Positions 18,758 to 31,428 of a DNA stretch of 64,000 nucleotides are shown one piece after another. The notes under the pieces are model-generated. The model did not search any database, was not told where the DNA came from, and saw only the letters and a list, made by a program, of their open reading frames with translations. Source of the DNA: Macrostomum lignano (Eukaryota); assembly GCA_002269645.1 (NCBI GenBank), contig NIVC01001639.1:192202-256201 (forward strand), given 5' to 3'. A program made the position numbers and the translations under genes. Every line of letters starts with the position of its first letter. Positions within the stretch are counted from its first letter, which is position 1.

Positions 18758-21700
18758 ATGTCGGCCGCTGCCATCGTCGACGGCGGCCTGTCGCGCGAAT
18801 TTATCAGCGACGATGGCGACTCCTCCGTGGGGATCCGGCGAGCGTCGTTGACCCGGCCGGGCGAGCCGCCCAGGTTCGTCAAGCACCCCAAGCCGGTGCT
18901 AAGCGTGGCCGAGGGCCGCTCGGTGCACCTGGAGTGTCGGCTGCTGCCGCTCAATGACAGCTCCTTGGCAACCGAGTGGTTCAAGGATGGCCGCCCACTG
19001 AATGCAGGTATGATCGGCCAGAGGGTAGGGCATGGACTGGACTGGAGGGTAGGGGCATGTACAGGACCAGAGGGTAGGGCATGGACTGAACCGGAGGGTA
19101 GGGCATGGACTGCACCGGAGGGTAGGGCATGGACTGGACCAGAGGGTTGAGCATGGACTGGACCAGAGGGTAGAGCATGAACTGCACCGGAGGGTAGGGC
19201 ATGGACTGGACCAGAGGGTTGAGCATGGACTGGACCAGAGGGTAGAGCATGAACTGCACCGGAGGGTAGAGCATGGACTGGACCAGAGGGTAGAGCATGG
19301 ACTGGACCGGAGGGTAGAGCATGGACTGGACCAGAGGGTAGAGCATGGACAGGACCGGAGGGTAGGGCATGGACTGCACCGGAGGGTAGAGCATGGACTG
19401 GACCAGAGGGTAGGGCATGGACTGCACCGGAGGGTAGAGCATGGACTGGACCAGAGGGTAGGGCATGGACTGCACCGGAGGGTAGAGCATGGACCGGACT
19501 AGAGGGTGGAGCATGGTCTGGGTAGAGCCAGGTTTGAGAATTAGAACGCTTCTATTGTGGCAAGGTCTTCAGCAAGTCAATGTTGATTAAATGTGTTGTG
19601 TGCGACTGACTCCAAGCAACAATGGTCCATCTGCAGTAAAATCTCGCCGCCCTTCATAAGGCTCCCGTTTTAACACAACTTTCGAGCGAGGCTTCGTGCT
19701 GCTGCACATCACGCACACCTACCCGGACGACAGCGGCGAGTACTCATGCGTAGCAAAAAGCAACTTCGGCATGGACCAAAGCAACCCCGTTACACTGACG
19801 TGAGTGCCCAGATCTGTCTGTCAATTTTTTTGTAAATCAGAGTCTGCAGCACAGCAGTTCGGAAGGAAACGCGTCAAGATCCCTGGTTCAAGGCACAGAG
19901 AGACTGTACATGCCTGACGATTCGAAAGTCAGAGTCGCTGTACACACTGTGTGAACGAGCAGGCACAAAAGCGCGGATATGTACACAGTCAAAAGCACAA
20001 GCACACACTCACACAGGGGTGTACAGCGGCCCTAACTTTATTTATCGTTAGGCATGTACACTTCACTGCGCCTTGGGGGGTTGGCCCTTAAGGCCGTTAA
20101 TTGCACGAGCAGGCCCAAGCCGAGATTCCAATTCAGCCCCAAAGTTAATGTGACTGCACTGGGAATTGAGCCTGGGCCGCCGGCACATCAAAGCGCCGTG
20201 CTAGACCACTGGGCTACGGCACCCCCCGTAGCCCAATAATCTCAAGATTATTTGAGATCGCAGCTTCCACCGTAACTTTGGCAAGTACTAACCAAAGCAA
20301 ACTCTACTTAACTTGCAACGAATACACTGACCCATTTGACTAGTAACTATCCGGATATTTTGTACTCGATTATTGTAAACTCCCATTGTTTCCGCCAGAG
20401 TGGTGCCCGACGAAGGCGTGGTGACGCGAACGCAACTCCCCGAAGCGTCCATGGCGGCAAACATCGACCGACTAAACGAGCGGCTGAACAGCCGCAGCGT
20501 CCGCCAAGACTTTGACGACCAGGTGCCTCAGGCGGTGCCGCAGTTCGTCCGGCATTTGGAGAGCATCGTGGCCCAGGAAAACGGTCGCGTCCGGTTCGAG
20601 ACTCGGGTGACGCCGGCCGCGGATCCCAACGTGCAGATCGAATGGTTCAAGAACGGCTTCCCGCTGACGCTGGGCTCCCGGCTCAAGGCTGTGTACGACC
20701 GGGGCTACACGGCGCTGGAGATCAACTGCTGCTACCAGGAGGACAACGGATTTTATCACTGCGAGGCCGCCAACAAGCACGGCAAGGCGCAGAGCAACCA
20801 GGCTGAGCTCAGGTAGCTAAGCATGAGCACTGGTGCTCTCAATACTGCAGAAAATCAGCATACTGAGCTTCTCAAATCGCGAAAACAAAAATTTCAGGTG
20901 CTCAGCTTCGGCGGGCGTCGTCACGGCGTCCGCCCTACCGGAGTCATCTGTCATGAATATTCAGCGACTGGAGGAGTACACTCTGCAGGAGGAGTTCGAT
21001 CCGTAAGCGAGACCTCTCCACTGGATTAATATTTTATGCATCTTAGCAAGTGTGTTAAAATTCTCACAGGAAATTATTTTTGCATAGTTATGCCCTTTTA
21101 CTAACGCCGCAAGTCTCGTACCAGACCTGTATCAAGATGTAACGCCAAGGACCACTGTGGTGTAACAGGACGTAGAACTCAAAGATCGTGTAGTTTTTGG
21201 AGGCCAATTTCCTGGAAAAAAATACACTGCGGAGTTAGAAAAAAATAATTTTGTCATCAAATAGGGAGTAACGTGGGTCGTCTACCGATGAGGCCAGGTT
21301 CCCTGTAGCTTTACCACAACACCGCCACCAACAGCCTGGAGGCTGAATCGCGGAACCAGCTGCCGGAGCCGCCCCGCTTCCTCTCCGACCCGTCGCCGGC
21401 CCAGCTCCAGCTGATCGAAGGCTCGCCAGCCGCGTTCGAAGCTCGCCTCGACCCCGGCAACGGCAGTCGAGTCCAGGTGGCCTGGTTCAAGGACGGCCAG
21501 CCAGTCCAGTTCGGCTCGCGCGTGACGGCCAGTTTCGAAATGGGTGTCGCTCAGCTGCGGTTCGGGCACGCCAACGCCGAAGACTCCGGTGACTACTGCG
21601 CCGTGGCGCTGAGCGAAAACGGGCAGCACCAGTCTGGCTACTGCCGACTGGTCTGCTACGCGCAGGGCGGGGTGGTCACCACCTCCCAGCTGCCCGGAGA

Positions 21701-24700
21701 CGCCGAGCAGAGCATGCGCAGCCTCATGCTGCTCGAGGAGGAGCTCGAGCGCCGAACCGACGATTCTAGCTCCGCGTTTCTGGCAATGCAGCAGCAGCAG
21801 CAGCCGCCGCCAAGGATTGTGCGAGGTGTCAAGCCGCCGCCGCAGATCCGCGAGGGCGGCCAGGTGCTGCTGGATCTGCAGGTGCGTCTTTAGGGAGGCG
21901 TAGCGAATTTAATATCTGATATGATGCAATTGAGTTTTTACTGAGTAAGAAGAAAGCTGAAGCTGATTTTCGGCGAAAAGTCTACAGTCTTCGGAAGAAG
22001 CTAGTAACCCTAAACCTAACCCTAATCCTAACCCTAACCCTAGCCCTGCCCTAACCCTAGCCCTAACCCTAGCCCTGGCCTTAACCCTAGCCGTAACCCT
22101 AACCCTACCCTAACCCTAACCCTAATCATAAGGGAGGCCTTTCGTTAACTTGAAACTCATTTTTGAATACAAACGCTGTATCATTGTTTAAAGAATATTT
22201 TCACTGCAACTTAGGTTGAACCGTCAAGCGACGGTGACCTCAGCGTCGAGTGGTTCAAAGACGGCGCCTCGGTGGCTTGCGCCGCTCGAGTGCGCTTTGA
22301 ACTAGAAAAAGGCCGCGCCCTGCTGCACATCAGTCACTGCAAGCCGGAGGACTCCGGCCTCTACTGGGCGGTGGTCAGCAACCGCGGCGGCGTAGCCGAG
22401 TCGAATCGCGTCGGCCTGGTCTGCCGGGCGGGAGAAGGGGTCGTCACTCGGACGCAGCTGCCTGGTGAGGCGCAGGGATACAAGCGTCTAGAGGAGCTGG
22501 AGAGACAGTGGCGAGAGTAAGTCTCAACAGTAATTAATAGTTTGTCCGCAAACAAACCACTCCCCGTTTTAATCACACTCCACCGTACCCCAGATGCACC
22601 CACCTCACTCCTTTGCCAAGCCACAACCACCTCACTCCCCTGCCTAGCCACACCCACCTCACTCCCCTGCCTAGCCAAACCCACCTAACTCCCTTGCCTA
22701 GCCACACCCACCTCACTCCCTTGCCTAGCCAAACCCACCTCACTCCCTTGCCTAGCCACACCCACCTCACTCCCCTGCCTAGCCAATCCAACCTCACTCC
22801 CTTGCCTAGCCAAACCCACCTCACTCCCTTGCCTAGCCACACCCACCTCACTCCCCTGCCTAGCCAATCCAACCTCACTCCCTGCCTAGCCACACTCACC
22901 TCACTCCTCTGCCTAGCCACATTCACCTAACACCGTGCCCCAACCAAACCCACCTCAATCTTAGCCTGTACGATAAGCAAACCTATTTGCACCACTTTAG
23001 ACCTCGAGAAACCAACCCCCGTTTCAGGACCCCCATAGCACCTGACGAGTTTCGATTTCGAGAATCGGAGGAGCCTCAATCGGCGCCATATTTCGACATT
23101 CTACCCGAGTCGTGCACTGTTGGCGAAGGCGATCCGGTGAAGGTGCTGGTAAAGCTCAGCGGCAATCCGCGGCCAGTAGTCACCTGGTGTCTGGATAATC
23201 AACCGATTGCGACGGTCAGTACTTAAATTTCATTTGCCATGGAGGATGCGAGCATACACGAGCATATTTATACATGTAGGGGCTGTCATGATGAAAATTT
23301 GGGACGCTCCTGACATCCAATTGGCCGCTCGTTACACCACTCTTGACCCCAAGGTTTTAGGCATGATATTCAATTCTGACTTATCTGACGTCCTTGCATC
23401 CAGTTTGACGCTTCTGACATTGGCATTTTTTTCCAGAGCGGTGATGAGACGCAGAACAACCTGGAGACAAGCAATGTAAGTCTTGCATTTCGTTATTAGA
23501 TTCGTGAGTCTTTTTACTCAATTAAAATCGATTAAATCATCTCGATTCCACCGGGCTACCAGACGGCCAACTACGTTGTGCACAAAGACGGTTCCATCAA
23601 CTGGCTGGAGATTGTTCGCTGCCAGGATGTCGGCCAGCACCAGCTCCGGGTGTTGGCGGCGAACCCATTAGGTCAGGTGTTCGCCGAGGCCGTCGTTAGC
23701 GTGGTGCCGGCTGGCGACTTTCGACCGGATCTCAAGCACATTGAGCCAGGCGAGAGCATGGATGTTTGCTGTTAGAGATTGCCTACTACTAAGTAGCTAG
23801 AGAAGAATTTGAGGCTAATAATTCACTACTGTGGGAAAGGAACTTGAGTCTCAGACGTTCTTAAGCTGGTGCTGGCTTGAGTCAAGTTGAGGTTGTACGG
23901 CTTCAGAAACCTCTTCAGGGACAGTGATTGGTCCTGATTAGATCTTCAAGATTTCTTTCAATCCGAGTCCTCTCTCTCTCTTCAATTCTTGTGTGTATAC
24001 CATAGTCTACCATACAGTCGTCTCCATCCAAGGCGAGTGACGGTCCAGGAAGCACCGCTGCTAAAAATGAAGGCCCTCCCTCTACCCCGGCGAGGAAAGA
24101 TGCGCCACGCGATGCTTCTTCTCTTACTGCAGCGTCAGTCAGCCGTACTTTGATTCTGTTGCTGCTGTTCTGAGCGAGAAATAGAGGACTAGATATATAA
24201 TTCCGAATGATTTCTTAGGCTTGAAACCATAAGAATTGCGTCATCAAATGGTGCTTACCATAAATTAACAGAGCTTATGATTCCCGCTCCTGTCTGCTAC
24301 TTTGAGTGAATTAGATGACCCAGTCTCTATTGGAGCAGACTGAGCCGGGTATGAGCATGGATGAAGGAATAACATAACATAAATCAAGCTGTAGCCGCTC
24401 ATGCTCAAAGTGGATCATCCTCTCCCTCCCAGAAACCCTCTACTCTATACATTTAATATACATGTGACTATACATTTTCTCTTTAAGACAACCTATACTG
24501 AAAAGAAAGTTACAAATTTTATACGAAGCGAGATGAGTATTTACAGACTCGCTCAGTCAATCTACTTCAAGCGTTACGTCACAATTCCAAGATGGGGGGT
24601 TGCTCGGGTCCACGACTCCACGGACATTGCGCAGATGAGAAATCCATGATATTCCTTCATCCATGGGCCCAAAGATCATATATACACAAGATGGGCCACT

Positions 24701-27655
24701 CATTCATGGATGAAGGGATCTATGATCTAACTCCCTTAGTGCCTATATGGTAAGCACTGCTGACCATAGACAAATAATCCATTGTTGTGCTCCACACTAT
24801 AGTAACATACCTACGCTACGCCTCCTCTTTTTCACATAGTTATCAAGTGAATTATTTTCAAGACAAAAGATATCCTTCTTAGTGGACTTTTATGACCTCA
24901 GATGACAGTGATGCAGATCCGGGAACCAATCGGAGCATTCAATGACGTGAAGATCGTTCCATTGCTCTTCCCCCAATGCAGAGGCGAATTTCAGTCGGCT
25001 GGCCGAGCTGCGCAAAGTGGCGATATCGCAGGAGCTGCAGCAGAAGATCAGCAGACCGATGGGAGCGGCGGACAATCTAAGAAAAGTGGAACGAGGTGCG
25101 GAATTCTACGAATTTGTGTTTTTTGTCGTAAAATTATTGTGTCTCGTGGTTATTACGAGTATGTCTATAGGATTGCGTGTGTTTATGATTATTACAAGGG
25201 TGTCCAGGGTGATTATGAGTGTGTCCATGATGATTATGAATGTGTCCATGATGATTATGAGTGTGTCCATGATGATTATGAGTGTGTCCATGATGATTCT
25301 CAGCAAGTTCGAAAATTTATTATCGCAGAATCGGAGATCAAGTCTCTGACCTACCGGGACCCGGAGGTGGAGCAGGCTGAGAGGCTGTACGCCTCCGTCC
25401 AGTCCCAGCTGCGCGGCGGGCACTACGCAGGCTGCCAGGAGGGCAGGCAGCTGCCCGTGCACAAGCCAAATGCTGAAGCAACAGTCAAGGACCTCAATCC
25501 TGCCTGGCCAAAGACTCCGGCTCAGACTAATGCGCAGCAGCTGCCGAAAGCCACCGTGCCACAGGCCCCATTGCCTCAGCAGCAGCAGGTGCCACAGGCC
25601 CCATTGCCTCAGCAGCAGCAGGTGCCACAGGCCCCATTGCCTCAGCAGCAGCAGGTGCCACAGGCCCCATTGCCTCAGCAGCAGCAGGTGCCACAGGCCC
25701 CATTGCCTCAGCAGCAGCAGGTGCCACAGGCTCGATTGCCTCAGCAGCAGCAGGTGCCACAGGCCCCATTGCCTCAGCAGCAGCAGGTGCCACAGGCTCC
25801 ATTGCCTCAGCAGCAAGTACACCAGCCGCAACAACAGCAGCAGCAGCGGCTTCAGAGACAGCGACAAAGACCACAACCTCAGCAGCAGATGCAACCTCAG
25901 CAGCAGCAGATGCAACCTCAGCAGCAGCAGATGCAACCTCAGCAGCAGCAGATGCAACCTCAGCAGCAGCAGATGCAACCACAGCAGCAGCAGATGCAAC
26001 CACAGCAGCAGCAGATGCAACCTCAGCATCAGATGCAACCTCAGCATCAGATGCAACCTCAGCATCAGATGCAACCTCAGCATCAGATGCAACCTCAGCA
26101 TCAGATGCAACCTCAGCATCAGATGCAACCTCAGCATCAGATGCAACCTCAGCATCAGATGCAACCTCAGCAGCAGCAGATGAAACCACAACAGCAGCAG
26201 ATGCAACCACAACAGCAGCAGATGCAACCACAGCAGCAGCAGATGCAACCACAGCAGAAGATGCAACCACAGCAGAAGATGCAACCACAACAGCAGCAGA
26301 TGCAACCACAGCAGCAGCAGATGCAACCACAGCAGCAGCAGATGAAACCACAGCAGCAGCAGATGAAACCACAGCAGCAGCAGATGCAACCACAGCAGCA
26401 GCAGATGCAACCACAGCGGCAGCAGATGCAACCACAGCAGCAGCAGATGAAACCACAGCAGCAGCAGATGCAACCACAGCAGCAGCAGATGCAACCACAG
26501 CAGCAGCAGATGCAACCACAACAGCAGCAGATGCAACCACAGCAGCAGCAGATGCAACCACAACAGCAGCAGATGCAACCACAGCAGCAGCAGATGCAAC
26601 CACAAAAGCATCAGATCCATCTTCAGCCGCAGCAGCAGATGCAACCACATCAGCAGATGAAACCACAGCAGCAGCAGATGAAACCACAGCAGCAGCAGAT
26701 GAAACCACAGGAGCAGCAGATGCAACCACAGCAGCAGATGAAACCACAGGAGCAGCAGATGCAACCACAGCAGCAGATGCAACCACAGCAGCAGCAGATG
26801 CAACCACAGCGGCAGCAAATTCAGAGCCAAAATGCGGGAGCACAGCATCAGATTCAGCTGCATCAGCAGGCTCAGTTGCAGCCGCAAATGCAGAATCAGT
26901 TTGGGCAGTCCGCACAGCAAATGCCGCAGCATGCTCAACCAGCTTATCCGCAGCAACAGTCTCCAACAAAGGCATTGCAGAATCAAGCACCGACTGAGCA
27001 GCAATATCAAATGAAACAGAGCACTTCTCAGCTTCAGATGCAGCCAAAAAAGCAGTTGCAGCCCCAGCCCCAACAATCGAATCAGTGGTCGGAGACGCAG
27101 CAAACTGGTACTGGGCACACGACTGCGCAGATCTCGCAGGCTTCTTCGCAGCAGCAACCGCAGACACAGCAGTGGCGTCAGCCGCAGCAGCAGCAGCAGC
27201 AGCAACCTCAGACTCAGCAGTGGGGTCAGCCGCAGCAGCAGCAGCAACCACAGACTCAGCAGTGGGGTCAGCCGCAGCAGCAGCAGCAACCACAGACTCA
27301 GCAGTGGGGTCAGCCGCAGCAGCAGAAGCAGCCTCAGACTCAGCAGTGGGGTCAGCCGCAGCAGCAGCAGCCTCAGACTCAGCAGTGGGGTCAGGCGCAG
27401 CAGCAGCAGCAACCACAGACTCAGCAGTGGGGTCAGCCGCAGCAGCAGCAGCCTCAGACTCAGCAGTGGGGTCAGCCGCAGCAGCAGCAGCCTCAGACTC
27501 AGCAGTGGGGTCAGCGACAGCAGCAGCAGCAGCCTCAGACTCAGCAGTGGGGTCAGCCGCAGCAGCAGCAGCCTCAGACTCAGCAGTGGGGTCAGCCGCA
27601 GCAGCAGCAGCAGCCTCAGACTCAGCAGTGGGGTCAGCGACAGCAGAACCCATAG
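18758..27655 (+). CDS. Kettin/titin-like protein with 5 I-set Ig domains and a long Gln-rich tail, ~1532 aa; exons 18758-19007, 19661-19799, 20399-20812, 20898-21002, 21335-21881, 22215-22516, 23001-23214, 23563-23749, 24982-25095, 25329-27655
   Basis: Repeated I-set motifs (PPRF/PQF, WFKDG/WFKNG, D.G.Y.C.A.N) separated by kettin-type linkers (GVVTRTQLP...RLEE). Splice phases are consistent throughout (4599 nt) if intron 8 uses a GC donor at 23750. Further 5' exons are not excluded. Confidence 0.8.
19020..19510. repeat. 24-bp minisatellite (GAGGGTAGGGCATGGACTGGACCA)n in Ig-gene intron 1
   Basis: Tandem units start ~10 bp after the donor site. Confidence 0.95.
19985..20227 (-). mobile_element. 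tRNA-derived SINE
   Basis: The minus strand reads GGGGGTGCCGTAGCCCAGTGG (A box) and GGCTCAATTCC (B box). The body TTTGGGGCTGAATTGGAATCT...GGCCTTAAGGGCCAACCCC...AAGTGTACATGCCTAAC.ATAAATAAAGTTAGGGCCGCT matches the copy at 32834. Confidence 0.85.
22005..22128. repeat. Degenerate interstitial telomere-like (CCCTAA)n tract
   Basis: CCCTAA/CCCTAG variants inside an intron of the Ig gene. Confidence 0.8.
22595..22925. repeat. 27-bp minisatellite (CCTAGCCACACCCACCTCACTCCCCTG)n
   Basis: Tandem units in an intron. Confidence 0.9.
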
Positions 27656-28987
27656 CAGGCACAGCAGCAAATGAACCAGCAGCGGTTGCAGCAGCAGCAG
27701 CAGCAGCGGCAGCCTCAATCTCAGTGAGCAGCAATCAGAGTTCTAGCTGAAAAAACACCCAGTTGAAAGGATGCAACGCTGATAAACGCACTCAATGCGA
27801 ACAGGAATGTTCAATAAAAAATCATAATCTACGTACTTATATGGCGCACAATATTCAGCCTATGAAATGCTTTTGCTTAACAAGACAGATGCATGCTGAT
27901 TAGCCGTATTAGAAATATCATTAGCTCTTTTTTCTACCCCAACAGACAAACTGTCATATTCATTTTCTGCGCTTTAGACTCATATAGAAAATGCTCTTTT
28001 ACGCTTTCCGTAGATTTGAACTCTGCCTACTTTAGAATTTAGCCAGCTGCCTTCATCTATACAATCGAATGGTTCAACATTACTGAGGAAGAGCGAACAA
28101 GCGCCGAGAATCTTTTGATATTTTTTATCGATATCTTTCACCAAGACGAGACTTCAGTTTAATTTCGATATCTAAAAATTCAAATATACCGTCAAAATCA
28201 AACAAATCAAAAATCATTCGAAAAGCTTATTAAATACAATATTTAAACATCGGTAGGCCTAGCTGTTATTTACTATTTTGGAGTTTTGACACAATTAAAA
28301 TGTACTTTTAAATAGTGTTGTTCAAAGTTTGCAGTTAGTCTATCCTTGTTGCCTCAAGTTACAGCGATCGTACACAGATTAATCCGATGCCCTACCAGGC
28401 GATGTAGTAGCCTGGTCGATCGAGACGAGACTGTCCTGCTGTACAACGCCGACACCTGTACAATAACACCTTTTCTCGACCAGCAGTCAACGCACTCACA
28501 CATGTATACAGGGTACAGTATATCCATAAGGGTCCTTGCTCGCCTGCATCAGGACGCGAGTGCTCACGTGCAGCTTGGGGCGTCAGGACGCTCCTATGTG
28601 AACTGATGCCCGCGTCAGGACGCCAAGACAAAGCTAGGCGCCAAGACGCTCAGGATTGCAAAAAATAAAACTCGCGTGATATGACTGCGTATCCTTAATT
28701 GGATAGGCTTAAGGACAAACGCGGACCTTTAGTTGTTCCCTTGACAACCAAAAAAAGACAGAGGAGCGCACTCTGCACTTTCTCTTGGCGGCAGGATCTG
28801 GCACGAGCAGACCGGTAAACGACTCTTTGTAGGCTTCATTTCTAATTCTTAGTTTACTAGTATTTTTCAGTAAATTTGCCACGCATTATGGCATGGATCT
28901 CGGTGGGTCAGTAGGAATAGGGAAGGCTACTAAAAAGCACTCCTAAGTGGAAGGCCCGGGGGAAATAGTCGGTGCCCCCGGGGGAAG

Positions 28988-30439
28988 GGGTCTATGAAGT
29001 TTGCCTGCCGGACGTTTGCCTGCGGGACGTTTACCAGCCGACGTTTGCTAGCCGACGTTTGCCAGCCGACGTTTGCCAGCCGACGTTTGCCAGCTGACGT
29101 TTGCCTGCGGGACGTTTGCCAGCTGACGTTTGCTAGCCGACGTTTGCCAGCCGACGTTGGCCGGCGGGACGTTTGCCAGCTGACGTTTGCCTGCGGGACG
29201 TTTGCCAGCTGACGTTTGCCTGCCGGACGTTTGCCAGCGGACGTTTGCCTGCGGGACGTTTGCCAGCCGACGTTTGCCAGCCGACGTTTGCCAGCCGACG
29301 TTGGCCAGCGGGACGTTTGCCAGCTGACGTTTGCCCGCGGGACGTTTGCCAGCTGACGTTTGCCTGCGGGACGTTTGCCAGCCGACGTTTGCCAGCCGAC
29401 GTTTGCCAGCCGACGTTGGCCAGCGGGACGTTTGCCAGCTGACGTTTGCCAGCCGGACATTTGCAGGCGGCAATTGGTTAAAGAAGTATGCCCTCTCTAG
29501 ACTTACATGTACTTGCATTCGAAAACTGTGGACATAGCACTAATCTAATTCCACCTCGCTCCCTACTACTGCTATTAAATATACAGGTTAATTTTTACTA
29601 ACAAACTACTGTTCAGGCTTATTGAAGTTATTGCTCTTGTCTGCCTAAATAGAAAGGTAAAAATACAAAATAAGAGTTTCCATCGTCACAGTTGATGTCT
29701 ATGTATGCCATGGAATGGCCCTTTTCCATCTTGGCCAAACAAGCTAAGTGTTTACAAGCAAAATGGGAAAAGACTGGGACATCCATAATGGTATTGGCCT
29801 AGTCTCGCCTATATATACTTAACTCAAAAGCCTAACTCTGCTTAACGGAGTTTAGCCATGACAGCGTGCACTTGACAAGCTGCATCGGAATTAATTCGCT
29901 TACTTTTGGATCTCGCAATCAATGAACTGGGAAATATATAGGCCAGAATTATCGTTCACCAGTTCTTATATTTGCTCATAACTTGGTTCGCTGGAGATTC
30001 CCGTTTAGATTTGCGTGTCTTCCTTCGCAAATAAAAAATTAAACATCTCAAACTGGGAAAAGCGATAAAAAACTGTCAGAAGTAAACTTTATAATATTTT
30101 CACATTCAAAGAAATTGTTGTTAAACTAGATGCTAGATTGATGAACTGCATTTATTGTATAGATTTTGTTTTCGAACTTTTATACATGCGAATAACCGTC
30201 AAAAAGTTGGACTAAAAAACTTTTTTTTCAAACCGCTAAACTGCGAATATTTCAGTATCAAATTTTTCACTCACTGACTTAATGTTGGCTGGCAAAGTCA
30301 GCTGGCAAACGTCGGCTGGCAAACGTCCCGCAGGCAAACGTCCCGCAGGCAAACGTCCCGCAGGCAAACGTCCCGCAGGCAAACGTCCCGCAGGCAAATG
30401 TCGGCTGGCAAATGTCCCGTGGGTAAACTTCGCTATCCC
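28988..30439. mobile_element. Foldback-like non-autonomous element whose inverted arms are built from 13-14-bp tandem units
   Basis: The left arm (28990-29460) repeats GACGTTTGCC(AGC/TGC); the right arm (30290-30430) repeats the reverse complement GGCAAACGTC. Ends are GGG..GAAGTTT and AAACTTC..CCC; flanks GGGGGAAG/GGGGGGAG could be an imperfect 8-bp TSD. Confidence 0.6.
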
Positions 30440-31428
30440 GGGGGGAGGCTGCACGCCCCTCCAGGCCACCACCCCACCACAACCCTCCTCGACCGGGCTC
30501 CTATTACCCACTTCAGCCAATCACACCACGCGAGGGGAGAGAAACTGAGCCCAGCTGCCCAACGGCCCAGCCATGCAATCAGCCCTCGCGACCCTCAAAG
30601 TCAAGGCTCTCAACCGAATAAAATACGAGCTGCATGGGGGTTGCATGACAAACAGACGCACTGAGTCATGCAGCATGAATGATCGAAGTTCCCTTGCACC
30701 ACAGAAGTGCAGAACACAACACACCGACTGCGTGTTTTTATTAACTATAGGTGCTGTTTCAAAACGTTTGTAATTGTATATTGTATTCAGACGTATTTGA
30801 TGATTTTTTCTTGCACAAATTGTGCATTTTATTGCGTGTTCTGATTTAAAAAACGAATTCAGCCCAGGAATATTGGATTTTAATTAGCCATTTTGTTCGA
30901 TTTAATTCAAGCCGAAATCAACAAGCTCGCTGTGAATAGCGTCTATATAGATTTTAGGCTTGAATTGCAAACATTGGTTTAATCTCCACTAATGACATTT
31001 ACACGTAAATTTTACACCATCTCCATCATATTGCTCTGCACTGACTGCAATATTTATACTATACAGTACATTCTGATTTACCTGTCTGTTCTTACCCATT
31101 TTCCATAGTTATTTCATTTATTTCAAACTAAAACAAACACAAGCTCAAATCAGCGAATCAGAAATTTTTGTAAATAACTTTTACGATATTTTGAGATTTC
31201 AGACCATTACAAGCAGAAAACGACCACTTGAAACTTGTTTTAGTTTATAACTATCTTAAATCAAAAAACAAAACCACCCATTTCTAAGAACTCGTGTTTT
31301 TCGATATCTGCAAACCGTTAGTAAATGGCCCTAATCCTTAAATTTATCATCTAGGCAAGACTCAACCGAATCTAAATTTCTAGCTTTTTGGAGATTTAAT
31401 TTAAAAAGAATACATTTTCTCACTAAAA

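Noticed and set aside
24902-25328. N-terminal part of the 917-aa ORF (MTVMQIREP...YECVHDD repeats)
   Set aside because: It reads through exon 9 in the wrong frame and through an intron containing a 21-bp repeat. The real coding frame enters at 25329.
25106-27734. 870-aa poly-Leu and 735-aa poly-Ala ORFs on the minus strand
   Set aside because: Antisense shadows of the CAG-rich exon. The plus-strand frame has a proper acceptor and joins the Ig exons.
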